Shown: positions 21,441 to 32,214 of the stretch, piece after piece | Layout of the letters: the number at the start of each line of letters is the position of its first letter | How positions within the stretch are numbered: the first letter of the stretch is position 1 | Program-made: the position numbers and the translations under genes | Notes under the pieces: model-generated | What the model saw: only the letters and a program-made list of their open reading frames with translations | Told to the model about the DNA's origin: nothing | Database searches by the model: none | NCBI GenBank assembly: GCA_937934295.1 | Contig: CALHAI010000004.1 | Location: 58,023-122,022 of the forward strand | Direction of reading: 5' to 3' | Length of the DNA stretch: 64,000 nucleotides | DNA from: an uncultured Blastocatellia bacterium | Lineage (GTDB): Bacteria; Acidobacteriota; Blastocatellia; HR10

Positions 21441-22442
21441 CTAGGGCTGAGCGTCACATTCAGCGAGAAAGAGCGTTTCCAAAGCCAGTTGCCGATTGAG
21501 CTGGCGCCAGAGGTCGCGTCGCAAGGCGGCGAGCTTCTCCATGAAGCGCACGACGCGCGACGGGGGCCACCAGACGGCGAGCGATCGCAGGTGCGCGACG
21601 ATGTCCGCGTTCACCACGTCGCCGGCCTCAAGCTGCAGGCGCAGCACGTCGGCGAGCACCTGTTCGAGGACGTCCAGTCGGCGCTCGAACTCCTCTCGAT
21701 CCACGCGTCGTCCCAAGTATTCCGCTGCCCGAATGAGTCGCACGCGATCTCCCGCGCTCAACACGGCCAGCAGTTCCAAGGCCTCGCGGCGCATCTCCCG
21801 ATAGACCGAGAGATCCATTGAGAGCGCCTTTCCAATCCGCCCCTCCGAAAGCCGCGCCAGAAGGCGAATCTCCTCCTCCGGACGCACAAAGCGCTTGCGA
21901 AGGAAGCCCTCGATCTCCGCCGTCTTGAGGGGAGTGAAGTGGTAGATCTGACATCGCGAGCGGATCGTCGGCAGCAGGCGAGCCAGTTGGCTGGTCAGGA
22001 GAATGAGCACAGATCCGGCCGGAGGCTCCTCCAGCGTCTTCAGCAGAGCGTTGGCCGCTTGCTCGGTCATCGTCTCGGCCTCGTCAATGATGAAGACGCG
22101 CCAGCGGGCCTCGAAGGGTTTTCGATAGGCGTGTTCGCACAGCGAGCGGATTTGTTCGATGCGGAGGAACGTCGTCTCCGGACGAACGACGAGCACATCC
22201 ACGTGTTCGCCGCGCTCGATCTTTTGGCAGCTCGGACAGACGTCGCAACTGTCGGGAAGAGCGCGATCTCCCTCGAATGCGTTCGGGCAATTGATCGTCT
22301 TGGCCAATGCGAGCGCGAATTGCCGCTTGCCCACGCCTTCGGGGCCGGAGAAAAGGAGCGAATGGCCAAGATGCCCTCCGCGCACAGCCCCTTGCAGAGC
22401 GCACTTCACGCGCTCGTTCCCTACCAGATCGCGAAAGGCCAT
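21441..22442 (-). CDS. holB: DNA polymerase III subunit delta'
   Basis: GPEGVGK, Zn Cys cluster, ANALLKTLEEP, LPTIRSRC; follows tmk. Confidence 0.93.
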   Translation of the reverse strand: MAFRDLVGNERVKCALQGAVRGGHLGHSLLFSGPEGVGKRQFALALAKTINCPNAFEGDRALPDSCDVCPSCQKIERGEHVDVLVVRPETTFLRIEQIRSLCEHAYRKPFEARWRVFIIDEAETMTEQAANALLKTLEEPPAGSVLILLTSQLARLLPTIRSRCQIYHFTPLKTAEIEGFLRKRFVRPEEEIRLLARLSEGRIGKALSMDLSVYREMRREALELLAVLSAGDRVRLIRAAEYLGRRVDREEFERRLDVLEQVLADVLRLQLEAGDVVNADIVAHLRSLAVWWPPSRVVRFMEKLAALRRDLWRQLNRQLALETLFLAECDAQP

Positions 22443-22448
22443 CTCGGG

Positions 22449-23063
22449 TTACGTCCGAAGGATCGAGGCAACGGCCTCCCACACTCGGTACGCCGTGACC
22501 TCTTCCGCCTCAGCCGAGGAGATGACGCGCACGCGCTCAGGTTCGGCGCGCGCGATCTCCAGATACCCCGCTCGCACGCGATGGAGGAATTCCCCTCCGT
22601 TCCGCTCGAATCGATCCCATCGCTCCGCCGGACGCCGCCGCGCCAAGGCGATCTGGACGTCGCAGTCGAGCACGATCGTGAGATCGGGAAGAAGGCCTTC
22701 GGTCGCCCATCGGTTCACCGCGCGCACCAGCTCCAGAGGAAGGCCTCGCCCGTATCCCTGATAGGCGAGCGTCGCGTCCGAATAGCGGTCGGAGAGAACA
22801 ATCCGACCCTCCGCGAGGGCCGGGCGGATGACCCGCATGACGTGCTCGGCGCGATCCGCCGCGTAGAGGAAGAGCTCGGCAAGTGGCCCCATCTCTTGCG
22901 CGAGCACCAGCTCGCGAAGGGCGGCCCCCAGCTCCGTCCCCCCGGGCTCTCGCGTCACCAGATGCGAGACACCCCGCCGCTCCAACTCGCGGGCCACGCG
23001 ATGGAGCATCGTCGTCTTACCGCTCCCATCAATGCCCTCGAAGGTGATGAGCTTTCCACGCAT
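22449..23063 (-). CDS. tmk: thymidylate kinase
   Basis: FEGIDGSGKTT, TREPGG, DRYSDATLAYQG. Confidence 0.96.
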   Translation of the reverse strand: MRGKLITFEGIDGSGKTTMLHRVARELERRGVSHLVTREPGGTELGAALRELVLAQEMGPLAELFLYAADRAEHVMRVIRPALAEGRIVLSDRYSDATLAYQGYGRGLPLELVRAVNRWATEGLLPDLTIVLDCDVQIALARRRPAERWDRFERNGGEFLHRVRAGYLEIARAEPERVRVISSAEAEEVTAYRVWEAVASILRT

Positions 23064-23067
23064 GGGC

Positions 23068-23322
23068 TCACTCTGAAACCGGCGCGTGCGGTCCTTCGTG
23101 CGGAGTACCCCCTTCGCCTTTCGGTCGCGTGATCGTGGAGATGGCATGCTTGAAGATGAGCATCTCCTGTTGCCCGGCATCCAGCAGGATCGAGTATCTG
23201 TCGAAGCCCTTGATCCGGCCAATTAACCGAATGCCGCTCACCAGGTACACGGTGACCGAGACGTGATCTCGGCGCAAAGCGTTCAGAAAGGCATCTTGCA
23301 TCGCCTGCTCGATCCGTTCCAA
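23068..23322 (-). CDS. hfq: RNA chaperone Hfq
   Basis: QDAFLNALRR...VYLVSGIRLIG...FKHAIST; conserved miaA-hfq order. Confidence 0.95.
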   Translation of the reverse strand: MERIEQAMQDAFLNALRRDHVSVTVYLVSGIRLIGRIKGFDRYSILLDAGQQEMLIFKHAISTITRPKGEGGTPHEGPHAPVSE

Positions 23323-23376
23323 GAGGCACCCTCCTTGTCCAAAGATGATCCCCCACGCGTGCGAGCCGAAGCAACT

Positions 23377-24369
23377 CTAGCCCCCCGCGCAAGGGTTTTC
23401 AACCTCGGCGAGGACTCCTTCCCGCATCGGGAGGTCCCACCGCGCGCGGATCATCCGGATGACCGCGCGTTGAACGTCCGGATCGTCGCCGAAGCCATAG
23501 AACCACAGGACGTTCGGTTCGCGGCGAAACCACGTGAGCTGTCGCTTCGCGTAATGGCGCACATCGCGCTGCGTCAGCTGCATGGCGCGCGCCAACGAGA
23601 TCTCTCCGCGCAGATACTGTAGGATCCGCCGATACCCGTGCGCTTGAAGCGCCTTGGCCGTCTCCGGGACACCCGAGCGGAGCAACGCTTGGACCTCTTC
23701 GACCCATCCGCGCGCGAACATCTCCTCGGCGCGCCGGTTGATCCGACGATAGAGTTCCTCTCGGGGGGGATCCAACGCGATCAGGTACAGCCGATGCGCG
23801 AGCGAAGGCGGAGCCGGTCGCTCGCGCTGTGCGTCGGAGATGCGCCGCCCGGTCTGAAAGAAATATTCCAGCGCGCGCGTCGTGCGCGACCAATCGCGCG
23901 GATGGATGCGCGCGGCCGCTGCCGGATCCACGCGCTTGAGCAACCGATGCAAGTGCTCCGGCCCGCGTCGTTCGAGGAGCCGCTGGAGCCGCTCCCGCAG
24001 CGCCAAATCCGTCGGCGGAGCGGGGAAGAGCGGTTGCCGCAGCGCTCGGATGTAAAATCCTGTCCCGCCGACGAGGAGCACGAGCTTCCCTCGCGCTTCG
24101 ATCGCCTTGATGACCGCGAGCGCCCGACGCGCATATTCCCCCGCCGTGAAATGCTCCGTCGGTTCCAAAACGTCGATGAGATGGTGCGCGATGCCGCGCC
24201 GCTTCTCCGCAGGGACTTTCGCCGTGCCGATGTAGAGCCCCCGATAGAGTTGCACGGAATCGCAGTTGACGATCTCTCCGTCGAAGAGCTCAGCCAGGAC
24301 GATCCCCAATTCGCTCTTCCCCGAAGCCGTCGGTCCCACGACAGCCAGAATCGGACGCGCCACGCTCAT
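23377..24369 (-). CDS. miaA: tRNA dimethylallyltransferase
   Basis: GPTASGKS, DSVQLYRGLYIGTAK, VGGTGFY, YAKRQLTW. Confidence 0.96.
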   Translation of the reverse strand: MSVARPILAVVGPTASGKSELGIVLAELFDGEIVNCDSVQLYRGLYIGTAKVPAEKRRGIAHHLIDVLEPTEHFTAGEYARRALAVIKAIEARGKLVLLVGGTGFYIRALRQPLFPAPPTDLALRERLQRLLERRGPEHLHRLLKRVDPAAAARIHPRDWSRTTRALEYFFQTGRRISDAQRERPAPPSLAHRLYLIALDPPREELYRRINRRAEEMFARGWVEEVQALLRSGVPETAKALQAHGYRRILQYLRGEISLARAMQLTQRDVRHYAKRQLTWFRREPNVLWFYGFGDDPDVQRAVIRMIRARWDLPMREGVLAEVENPCAGG

Positions 24370-24449
24370 CGCCACGCTCCCCAAAGGAGTCCGAGCAGCA
24401 CCAGCGCGCCAAGCAACAGCAGCGCCCCCCACCGTTGTCCTCGCGTCAT
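24366..24449 (-). CDS. putative 27-aa membrane micropeptide MTRGQRWGALLLLGALVLLGLLWGAWR
   Basis: Hand-translated; single TM helix; stop overlaps miaA start (ATGA). Confidence 0.4.
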   Translation of the reverse strand: MTRGQRWGALLLLGALVLLGLLWGAWR

Positions 24450-24579
24450 GGCTGATCCCATCGGGGCGTCGTTCCCCCTCTCAGGGGCCAACTCGGCCAA
24501 CGCCGATCCGCGCCCCACGCCTCGCCATATACGGCGATCTCACAGAACCGACGGAGCGATCGAATCGGCGACGAGCAAT

Positions 24580-25536
24580 TCATCGGGGGGGATAGTAGAT
24601 GAACTTGTCCGTGAACCATTGGCTCTCGAACGCGTAGACGCTCGGCAGCGGACGAAACGGGGCCGCCAGACGCACGGCATTGACGGCCGCGCGATCTAGC
24701 GCCGGAATGCCCGAAGATTGCCGCAACCGCAACTGCAACAGCCGCCCATCTCGCCCGACTTCGAAGATGACGATCACCGTCACGGGCGCCGACAGCAAGT
24801 TCGCCTCCGGGGGGATGAACCAGCGCTGCTGAATCACACGCTCCAGATAGGCGCGGTATTCTTCCATCGCCGCGACCGCTTGCGCGTTCACCGAGGGCGG
24901 GCCCTCCAACGTCACGCCCGAGTGCGGATTGCTGAAGGCCTCGGATGCCGGAGGCGCACTGCTCCCGCGAATCGCCGCGAGGACGGATTCGGGGATGGGG
25001 GCATTGCGACGATCCAAGGCTTCTCCCCGAGCCCCCGGCGCGGGTAACGTCGGCGCCAGGCGCGGGTCCGCCAACGCTTCTTTCGACGAAGTGCCCGACG
25101 CCGGGCGAACCGTCTGCGGTCGATCCTCAATCAATTCCGGCAGCGCGCGGCCACGACCGCTCACCTTCGGCAAGGAAGAAGAGCCTGTGGGGTTCGGGTT
25201 CGGCTCCCCGCGCGCGACCGTCGTGCGCTCGGAGAGGAACTCGGGATGCCGCGGAGGACGCAAGGCCTCGATCCCCGCCAATTGTCGAATCACCTCAGGC
25301 GGCGGCGCATAAAAGGGTTTGTCCAACTCGATGATCTCCGGACGCGGATATCCGATCGCCGCCGATCCCCCCTCCACCTCTTCCGAGGGGAATGACGCGG
25401 GCGTCGCCGAAAAAAGAACGACCGCCAGCAGCATCAGATGAAACGCCAGCGAGACAAGTACCCCTAGCCGTGCTTCTCTGGTCAGGCGAAGCCGTCCTTC
25501 AAGAGCGGGCACCGTTTGGAAGGCGAACCGTTCCAT
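24580..25536 (-). CDS. TonB/TolA-family protein
   Basis: N-terminal TM with SLAFH, Pro-rich linker, C-terminal SSGIPALDRAAVNAVRLAAPF. Confidence 0.85.
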   Translation of the reverse strand: MERFAFQTVPALEGRLRLTREARLGVLVSLAFHLMLLAVVLFSATPASFPSEEVEGGSAAIGYPRPEIIELDKPFYAPPPEVIRQLAGIEALRPPRHPEFLSERTTVARGEPNPNPTGSSSLPKVSGRGRALPELIEDRPQTVRPASGTSSKEALADPRLAPTLPAPGARGEALDRRNAPIPESVLAAIRGSSAPPASEAFSNPHSGVTLEGPPSVNAQAVAAMEEYRAYLERVIQQRWFIPPEANLLSAPVTVIVIFEVGRDGRLLQLRLRQSSGIPALDRAAVNAVRLAAPFRPLPSVYAFESQWFTDKFIYYPPR

Positions 25537-25662
25537 CCGTCTTTCTCCATGCTCGCGCGAGGCGATCCCACATCCCGCTCACGGCGTGCGCGTCCGTCTC
25601 TGTCCTTCCTCGCTCAGCTTAAGCGATGTACATACAATGATACCCCGCAAGCCGTCGGAGAA

Positions 25663-26616
25663 TCAACCGATTCCCGCGCGACGTCCATGTTCCTGAATCG
25701 CAGCGAGAATGTGCAACGCCAGGGCGAGCGCCCGACGGCCATCCTCTCCGCTAACCAGCGGCGGCGTCCCTTCCCGCACACACCTCAAGAAGGCCTCGAG
25801 CTGCGCTCGCAACGGCTCATCCTTCGACACCACGATGCGCTCGTCCGTGATGCGTGGGCGTCCGCCCGAGTCGGCCGAAGCCATCAGACGATAGACCGCC
25901 AGCTCCTGACGCGTATAGTCGAGCGAGATGTACGCGTTCGGTTGAAAGACGCGCAGCTTTCGAACCTTCTCCCGCGAAATTCGACTCGCCGTCACATTGG
26001 CGACGCAGCCGTTGGCGAACTCCAAACGGGCGTTGGCGATGTCCACGCGATCAGTCAGAATGGGGACCCCAACGGCATGCACCGCGCAAACCTCGGCGTC
26101 CACCACCGAGAGCAGGATGTCCAGGTCGTGGATCATCAGGTCGAGGACGACGTCAATGTCCAGGCTGCGTTCGGTGAACTCGCCCAGACGGTGGACCTCG
26201 AAGAACTTCGGCTCGACAAGGAGCGTCGAGAGCGCTCGGACGGCCGGATTGAACCGCTCCAGATGTCCGACTTGCAGGAGCACCCCTGCCTCGCGCGCAC
26301 AACGAATCATGCGCTCGGCTTCCTCCAGCGTGCGCGCTATCGGTTTCTCGACAAGGACGGCCACGCCGTTTTTCAGGAACTCGCACGCGATCTCACAGTG
26401 GCTCTCGGTCGGGACGGCGATGCTCACAGCATCCACCTGACCGAGCAGCTCGCGATAGTCGGCGTAATGGCGGACGGCATATTGGGCGGCGATCGCTTCG
26501 CCTCGCACACGGTCGATGTCGCAAACACCGACAAGCACCGCTTCCGGAAGCGAAGCGTAGATTCGCGCATGCTCTTTCCCAATACGCCCGACGCCGATAA
26601 CGGCCACCCGCAGCAT
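25663..26616 (-). CDS. Gfo/Idh/MocA oxidoreductase (GnnA-like)
   Basis: GVGRIG, VEKP, VGHLERFNP, DVVLDLMIHD. Confidence 0.9.
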   Translation of the reverse strand: MLRVAVIGVGRIGKEHARIYASLPEAVLVGVCDIDRVRGEAIAAQYAVRHYADYRELLGQVDAVSIAVPTESHCEIACEFLKNGVAVLVEKPIARTLEEAERMIRCAREAGVLLQVGHLERFNPAVRALSTLLVEPKFFEVHRLGEFTERSLDIDVVLDLMIHDLDILLSVVDAEVCAVHAVGVPILTDRVDIANARLEFANGCVANVTASRISREKVRKLRVFQPNAYISLDYTRQELAVYRLMASADSGGRPRITDERIVVSKDEPLRAQLEAFLRCVREGTPPLVSGEDGRRALALALHILAAIQEHGRRAGIG

Positions 26617-26721
26617 CGCCTGCTCAAGTGTACGAGAGCGGGAGGAAGGGAGGCAAGCGAGAGCTCTTCGGCCCCGACGCCCGCTTGCCCCTCGGTGCGT
26701 GTTCCTCTCATAATCTCTTCG

Positions 26722-28377
26722 GTGGATGCGCGCAGGTGGAAGAACGAAGGGCTTCGCGTGCTCCTGCTCGCTGGCTTATGCGCGCTCTTCTTCTTCTACC
26801 GATTGGGCGCGATGGCGCTCATCGGCCCCGATGAACCGCGCTACGCCCAAGTCGCTCGCGAGATGCTCGCTCGCCATGATCCCATTACGCCGACAATCGG
26901 CGGACAGCCGTGGTTGGAGAAACCTGCCCTCGCGTATTGGCTGATGGCGCTCAGTATGCGGATCTTCGGCGTGAGCGAATTCGCCGCCCGATTCCCATCG
27001 GCCTTTCTCGCAACGCTCTTGGCCTTCCTCATCTACGGGGTGGGGCGGCGCGTGCACTCTCCCCTTTACGGAATCCTTGCGGCCTGCTGTTTCATCGTGA
27101 ATCCCATGTCCTTTGGATTCGCCCGAGGCGCGACAACGGATATGCCGCTTTCGGCGACGCTCGCCGCTGGTCTCTGCCTGTTGTTCCTCGCGCTTCAGGA
27201 GGCCGTCCCCCGCAAACGAGCCTGGCTGTTCTCCGGCGCCTGTTTTTGCTTCGGGCTGGCCATCTTGGCTAAAGGGCTCATCGGAATCCTCTTCCCCATT
27301 GTGATCGCGGGCAGCTATCTCCTCCTTCACCGACGCGCGGCGATGTGGAATGGGCTTGGGCTCGCACGAGGCAGCCTCGTCCTGCTGCTCGTGTGTGCGA
27401 GTTGGTATGGGCCTATGTTGGCTCGACATGGATGGACGTTTGTGGACGAGTTCTTCATCCAACACCACATCGAGCGCTACGTGACCGAACGATTCCGGCA
27501 TCCCGGGCCCATTTCCTACTATCTCCCCGTCCTGCTCGTCGGCGCTTTCCCTTGGACCCCGCTCCTGATCTCGGCCCTCGCGCGGCTCTTCATCCAGCGC
27601 TACAAGCGAGATCAAAAGGGGTCTGCTGAAGATCAGGCTCTTGAGCGCCTTATGACGTTCGCGGCACTGTGGATGGTCTGGCCTCTGTCCTTCTTCTCCC
27701 TCTCACAATCGAAGCTTCCGGGCTATGTGCTCCCCATCTTCCCGGCGACGGCCTTCTTGGCGGCTCGCGAGATGCTCTCCCTTTGGAGAAGGGAGGCCGA
27801 TCGCCTAGCGCGGATCGGAATGCTGATCTTGCCTCTTTTCGTGTCGGCGATCGCCACGCTGGCGCTTTTTTATGCGAAGAAGGAGCTGGAAGCGTTCGAT
27901 CCTCTGAAGCACGTGCTCTTTTGGGGAGGACTAGGCGGAGGGCTTCTCGGCCTCGGACTCTCGCTCGCCGCGCGCTCTAGGGCGCTCCTCGTCTTTGTGC
28001 TCCTTTTGTGTGCGGCGAGCGTCCCCAGCGTGCTCTCTACGTTTCAACCGCTGATCGAGAAGAAGGAGTCTTTTCAAGACCTGGCCGAGATCGCGCTCCG
28101 GGCGTTTCAACCTGGAGAACGACTCATCGGGTACGGATGGTTCCATCACAGCCTGACCTTTTATACCAACGCGCGTTCGATCTACGACGAGCACGGGAGA
28201 GTGCGAGTCCTCTTCTCTCCCCATGAGTTGATCGAGGTCGCACGGCACCTTGGGTCAGTACTTGTGGTGGCCAAACGATCGCATGTGAGGCAGCTCCGTG
28301 AGTCTCCTCAATTTGAGGTTGAGTTGATCGGGGAGAGGGGCGAGCATGCGCTTTTGCGGGTTAAGCTTTTGGAATGA
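26722..28377 (+). CDS. ArnT/PMT-like membrane glycosyltransferase (GT-C)
   Basis: DEPRYAQVAREM, EKPALAYW, AARFPSA, LAKG, SKLPGY; start approximated at GTG 26722. Confidence 0.9.
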   Translation: MDARRWKNEGLRVLLLAGLCALFFFYRLGAMALIGPDEPRYAQVAREMLARHDPITPTIGGQPWLEKPALAYWLMALSMRIFGVSEFAARFPSAFLATLLAFLIYGVGRRVHSPLYGILAACCFIVNPMSFGFARGATTDMPLSATLAAGLCLLFLALQEAVPRKRAWLFSGACFCFGLAILAKGLIGILFPIVIAGSYLLLHRRAAMWNGLGLARGSLVLLLVCASWYGPMLARHGWTFVDEFFIQHHIERYVTERFRHPGPISYYLPVLLVGAFPWTPLLISALARLFIQRYKRDQKGSAEDQALERLMTFAALWMVWPLSFFSLSQSKLPGYVLPIFPATAFLAAREMLSLWRREADRLARIGMLILPLFVSAIATLALFYAKKELEAFDPLKHVLFWGGLGGGLLGLGLSLAARSRALLVFVLLLCAASVPSVLSTFQPLIEKKESFQDLAEIALRAFQPGERLIGYGWFHHSLTFYTNARSIYDEHGRVRVLFSPHELIEVARHLGSVLVVAKRSHVRQLRESPQFEVELIGERGEHALLRVKLLE

Positions 28378-28426
28378 AGCGACTTGCTTTGGGGAGGCTT
28401 TTGGGCTTGTCCTCCGAACTATGCTC

Positions 28427-28455
28427 TTGACAGGCTAAGTAAATTTGACTATATT
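28427..28455 (+). promoter_or_regulatory. sigma70 promoter of hsp20
   Basis: TTGACA-N17-TATATT. Confidence 0.7.
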
Positions 28456-28508
28456 TATGTCAGGAAAATTGAGCGTGACATACGAAAATTCTTGGCAGGA
28501 GGTGGGCT

Positions 28509-29018
28509 ATGTTGGTGAGATGGCGACCTTTCGATGAGTTCTTCAATCTCTATCGAGACATTGACAATATGTTTCGCCGGGTCTTCCATGAGCTGACCCG
28601 GGATTTGGAGGACTGGTTCGCGCCTCGGTCTGAGGAGGAGCGGCTTCCTCGACTCTCCGGCGCTTGGGTTCCGGTTGAGGCTTTTGTGGAGCAGGGGAAA
28701 CTGCACCTGCGGGTGGAAGTGCCGGGCGTGGACCCGAAGGATCTGGATATCAGCGTCACGGGCCAGCAGCTGGTGATTCGCGGTCGGAAGACCTTCGATC
28801 GGAAGGTCGAGGAGGCCAACTTCATCCGTCGGGAGATCGCCTATGGGAGCTTCGAGCGGGTGATCCCCCTGCCAGAGGGCGTGAATACGGACCAGATCGA
28901 GGCGACCTATCACAATGGCGTCCTTGAGCTGGTGATGCCGGCCCCGGCGGCGCTGGCGGTGAAGAGAGTTCAAGTGAAGGTGCTTGAGGCCCCCAAGGCG
29001 GCTGAGGCGGCGAACTAG
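28509..29018 (+). CDS. small heat shock protein (Hsp20/alpha-crystallin)
   Basis: EVPGVDP, RREIAYGSFER, ATYHNGVLEL; GGAGG RBS. Confidence 0.95.
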   Translation: MLVRWRPFDEFFNLYRDIDNMFRRVFHELTRDLEDWFAPRSEEERLPRLSGAWVPVEAFVEQGKLHLRVEVPGVDPKDLDISVTGQQLVIRGRKTFDRKVEEANFIRREIAYGSFERVIPLPEGVNTDQIEATYHNGVLELVMPAPAALAVKRVQVKVLEAPKAAEAAN

Positions 29019-29052
29019 ATTCCTCCCCCCCCACTTGGGGGCATTTTTCTTC

Positions 29053-29082
29053 TTGACAAAAGGTGCTAACCTTCTGTACACT
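29053..29082 (+). promoter_or_regulatory. putative promoter of the sigma factor-rho unit
   Basis: TTGACA-N18-TACACT just after a CCCCC/GGGGG hairpin and T-run following hsp20. Confidence 0.5.
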
Positions 29083-29284
29083 CAGGTGGTTCTGTTGAGA
29101 GGGTGGAAGTTTCTGGCACCTGATGTCATACAAGGGATGGAACGAGCGCGTGTCCCCAAGCGGGTGCTTGGGGACTCCGGCATATGACGAACGAGGAGCC
29201 AAAGCCCTCGATACGGGACAAAGCTTGGTCGCTTCGTCGGAAGAGCAACGCATGGAGACGACCTGACATCCACTAAGCGTGAGG

Positions 29285-30898
29285 ATGATGACGAAGGAGG
29301 AGATCTTGCTGGACTCCATGGATGATGCGCTCCTCATGGAAGAAGATCCCTCGTCGCTGGAGGAGGGATTCGTCCGCGAGGACTTCTTAGACTTCGCCTA
29401 TCCGGAGGAAGAATTTGAAGAGGGGTTGGAAGGGTTCCCTGAAGGAGAGGTCCTGGAAGAAGAGATCGCGGGAGAGGGGGAGGCCGAAGAGGTCGAGGCG
29501 GTTGATGCCATTCGGACCTATTTCCGGGAGATCGCTTCGACGCCGCTTTTGACGCAAGAAGGGGAAGTCATGCTAGCCAAGCGTATCGAGCGCGGGCAGC
29601 GCTTGGTGCGCAAGGCGCTCTCCCGTTCGCCGATTGTGGTCATGGAGCTCTTGGCACTGGGCGAGCGGCTCCGCAAGGGGGAGATCGACGTGGAGGAGCT
29701 TGTGGACGCGGAGAGTGAGGCATCGTCCGAGGAGCGGTTGCGTCAGTTGAAGGCGCGCGTGCTTGAGATCCTCGATGAGGTGAAGAAGCTCTATCGGCGC
29801 TGCCAGAGGCAGGCCGAGCAACTCCGCATGCTGCGCCAGGAGGGGGCGCGTCGGCGTCGGCTCCTGCGGCAATTTCAGGAGACACGGATCTTGCTCTCGC
29901 GCAAGATTCGGGAGTTGGACCTCGCGCCTTCGGTGCGCGAGCGACTGATCAGCAAGATTCGAGAGGCAGGTGAGCAGTTGCGACGGGCTCGGGAACAGCG
30001 GCAACATGCCGAAGAGGCTCTGGCACGGAGCCGGCGCAAGGACAACAGCGAGTTGCGCGCGCGTGTGCGGGTGGCTCGGCGGCGCGTGAGGGAGCTGGAG
30101 GAGCGGTATGGGGCGGCGTTGCAGGACCCGGCGCGGACGCTGGAGCAGATCGCGCGAGGCGAGCAACAGTCCGAGCAGGCGCGGAAGGAGCTGACAGAGG
30201 CGAACCTCCGTCTGGTGATCGCCTTCGCCAAGCGATATGCGCACTTGGGATTGCCGCTTTTGGACCTCATCCAAGAGGGGAACATTGGCTTGATGAAGGC
30301 CGTCGAGAAGTTCGACTATCGCCGGGGCTATAAGTTCTCGACCTATGCCGTGTGGTGGATTCGGCAGGCGATTCGGCGGGCGATCTCGGACAAGGCGCGG
30401 ACGATTCGGCTTCCCGTGCACGTGACGGACACGCTGGAGCGCGTCCGGCAAGTGACGCGGGAACTCAGCGAGAAGCTCGGGCGCGAGCCGACGCCGGCCG
30501 AGATCGCGCGGAAGGTGGGGATCACGACTGAGAAGTTGCGACAACTCATGGAGGCCGCGCAGGGGCCCGTCTCGCTGGAGACGCCCATGTTCGAGAACGA
30601 GGAGGTTCGGCTCGGCCATCTCATCCCGGACAAGAGCTCCAACAATCCGATCGAGCTGGCGATTCAGAATAATCTCAAGCGTGTGACGGAGGAGTCGCTA
30701 CAGGTCCTCACCCCTCGCGAGCAAACGATTATTCGGATGCGGTTCGGCCTGAACCCGCAGGGGGAGGAATATACACTGGAGGAGATTGGCAAGCATCTTG
30801 GCGTCACGCGCGAGCGCGTCCGTCAGATCGAAGCTCGAGCGCTGGCGAAGCTTCGACATCCAGCGATCAGTTCCAAGCTCAAGTCCTTCTTGGGTTGA
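29285..30898 (+). CDS. RpoD-like sigma70 factor (probable group 2 paralog)
   Basis: [10 protein letters not shown] (1.2), [44 protein letters not shown]. Confidence 0.93.
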   Translation: MMTKEEILLDSMDDALLMEEDPSSLEEGFVREDFLDFAYPEEEFEEGLEGFPEGEVLEEEIAGEGEAEEVEAVDAIRTYFREIASTPLLTQEGEVMLAKRIERGQRLVRKALSRSPIVVMELLALGERLRKGEIDVEELVDAESEASSEERLRQLKARVLEILDEVKKLYRRCQRQAEQLRMLRQEGARRRRLLRQFQETRILLSRKIRELDLAPSVRERLISKIREAGEQLRRAREQRQHAEEALARSRRKDNSELRARVRVARRRVRELEERYGAALQDPARTLEQIARGEQQSEQARKELTEANLRLVIAFAKRYAHLGLPLLDLIQEGNIGLMKAVEKFDYRRGYKFSTYAVWWIRQAIRRAISDKARTIRLPVHVTDTLERVRQVTRELSEKLGREPTPAEIARKVGITTEKLRQLMEAAQGPVSLETPMFENEEVRLGHLIPDKSSNNPIELAIQNNLKRVTEESLQVLTPREQTIIRMRFGLNPQGEEYTLEEIGKHLGVTRERVRQIEARALAKLRHPAISSKLKSFLG

Positions 30899-30903
30899 AG
30901 GCT

Positions 30904-32112
30904 ATGGGAGAGAAGCGGGAGGAGTTTCACACCGGACACGATGCCTCATCGCAGCCGGCTATGACGAAAAACGATCTCATCCTGATCGAGGGCGTCCTGG
31001 AAGTCTTGCCAGAAGGGCACGGCTTTCTGCTGTCGCCCGAAAACGGGTATATTCCGAGCCCGGACGACATCTACGTCGCGCAATCGCAGATTCGCCGCTT
31101 CAAGATGCGCACCGGCGATGTCGTGTGCGGGCTCTCTCGTCCTCCACACGATGACGAGCGGTATTTCGCGCTGGTGCGCGTGGAGACGATCAACGGCGAA
31201 CCTCCAGACAGGCGGCGAGAGACGCCTCCGTTTGAGACGCTCGTCCCGTTGTTCCCAGAAGAGCGGTTCCGTCTGGAGACGACGCCGGACAACCTCTCGG
31301 CGCGGGTGATGGATTTGCTGACGCCGATCGGCAAGGGGCAGCGCGGATTGATCGTCGCTCCGCCGCGGACGGGGAAGACGATGCTCCTGCAGACGATCGC
31401 CAATTCGATTACCCGCAACCATCCGGAGGTGAAGCTGATCGTTTTGTTGATTGACGAGCGTCCGGAAGAAGTCACCGACTGGGAACGGAAGGTGCACGGT
31501 GAGATCGTCGCCTCCACGTTCGATCAGCCGGCAGAGCGGCATGCCCGCGTGGCGGAGATGGTCCTGGAGAAGGCCAAGCGGCTCGTCGAGTACGGCAATG
31601 ACGTGGTGATCCTGCTGGACTCGATCACCCGCCTGGCGCGGGCGCACAACTCCATTGTGGAGCGGAGTGGTCGGACGCTGACCGGTGGGATTGACGCCAG
31701 CGCCATGGAGAAGCCCAAGCGCTTCTTCGGTGCCGCGCGCAACCTCGAAGATGCGGGGAGTCTGACGATCATCGCGACCGCGCTCATCGATACCGGGTCG
31801 CGCATGGATCAGGTCATCTTCGAGGAGTTCAAGGGGACGGGCAACATGGAGATCCACCTGGATCGCGCGTTGGCGGACAAGCGCGTCTTCCCGGCCATCG
31901 ACATCCACCGATCGGGAACGCGGCGAGAAGAACTCCTGATCCCGCCTCAGGATTTGAATCGCATTATCGTCTTGCGTCGCGTCCTGGCCACGCTCTCGCC
32001 GGTCGAGGCCATGCAGCTCATGTTGGAGCGCTTGGCGAAGACGAAGACGAATGCGGAGTTTCTGAACTCGCTCCAGGTCGAATCGGAGCGAGCCGCGTCG
32101 TCTCGACGTTGA
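30904..32112 (+). CDS. rho: transcription termination factor Rho (short N-terminus)
   Basis: [46 protein letters not shown]. Confidence 0.95.
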   Translation: MGEKREEFHTGHDASSQPAMTKNDLILIEGVLEVLPEGHGFLLSPENGYIPSPDDIYVAQSQIRRFKMRTGDVVCGLSRPPHDDERYFALVRVETINGEPPDRRRETPPFETLVPLFPEERFRLETTPDNLSARVMDLLTPIGKGQRGLIVAPPRTGKTMLLQTIANSITRNHPEVKLIVLLIDERPEEVTDWERKVHGEIVASTFDQPAERHARVAEMVLEKAKRLVEYGNDVVILLDSITRLARAHNSIVERSGRTLTGGIDASAMEKPKRFFGAARNLEDAGSLTIIATALIDTGSRMDQVIFEEFKGTGNMEIHLDRALADKRVFPAIDIHRSGTRREELLIPPQDLNRIIVLRRVLATLSPVEAMQLMLERLAKTKTNAEFLNSLQVESERAASSRR

Positions 32113-32214
32113 GGCGTGGCGCGCCCTCGAGGGCGGGATTCCGGTCTCGGAATCGTGGAGACGTGGTCCTCAAGATCACGTGGAAGTTGGCCCTTTTCCC
32201 CAAACAAGCAGCTC

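Noticed and set aside
25516-26721. 400-aa N-terminal extension of the ArnT-like ORF suggesting a fusion
   Set aside because: It is the antisense frame of the Gfo/Idh/MocA gene; homology begins near 26722
28363-28405. Partial similarity of the CRISPR spacer (AAGCTTTTGGA; TTGGGGAGG..CTTTTGG) to DNA upstream of the hsp20 promoter
   Set aside because: Only an 11-mer and a gapped 9+7 match, about what chance gives in 64 kb; not sufficient for self-targeting
28444-28490. CtsR-like (TTTGACT) or HAIR-like (TTGAGC) heat-shock operator at hsp20
   Set aside because: Only one half-site of each matches
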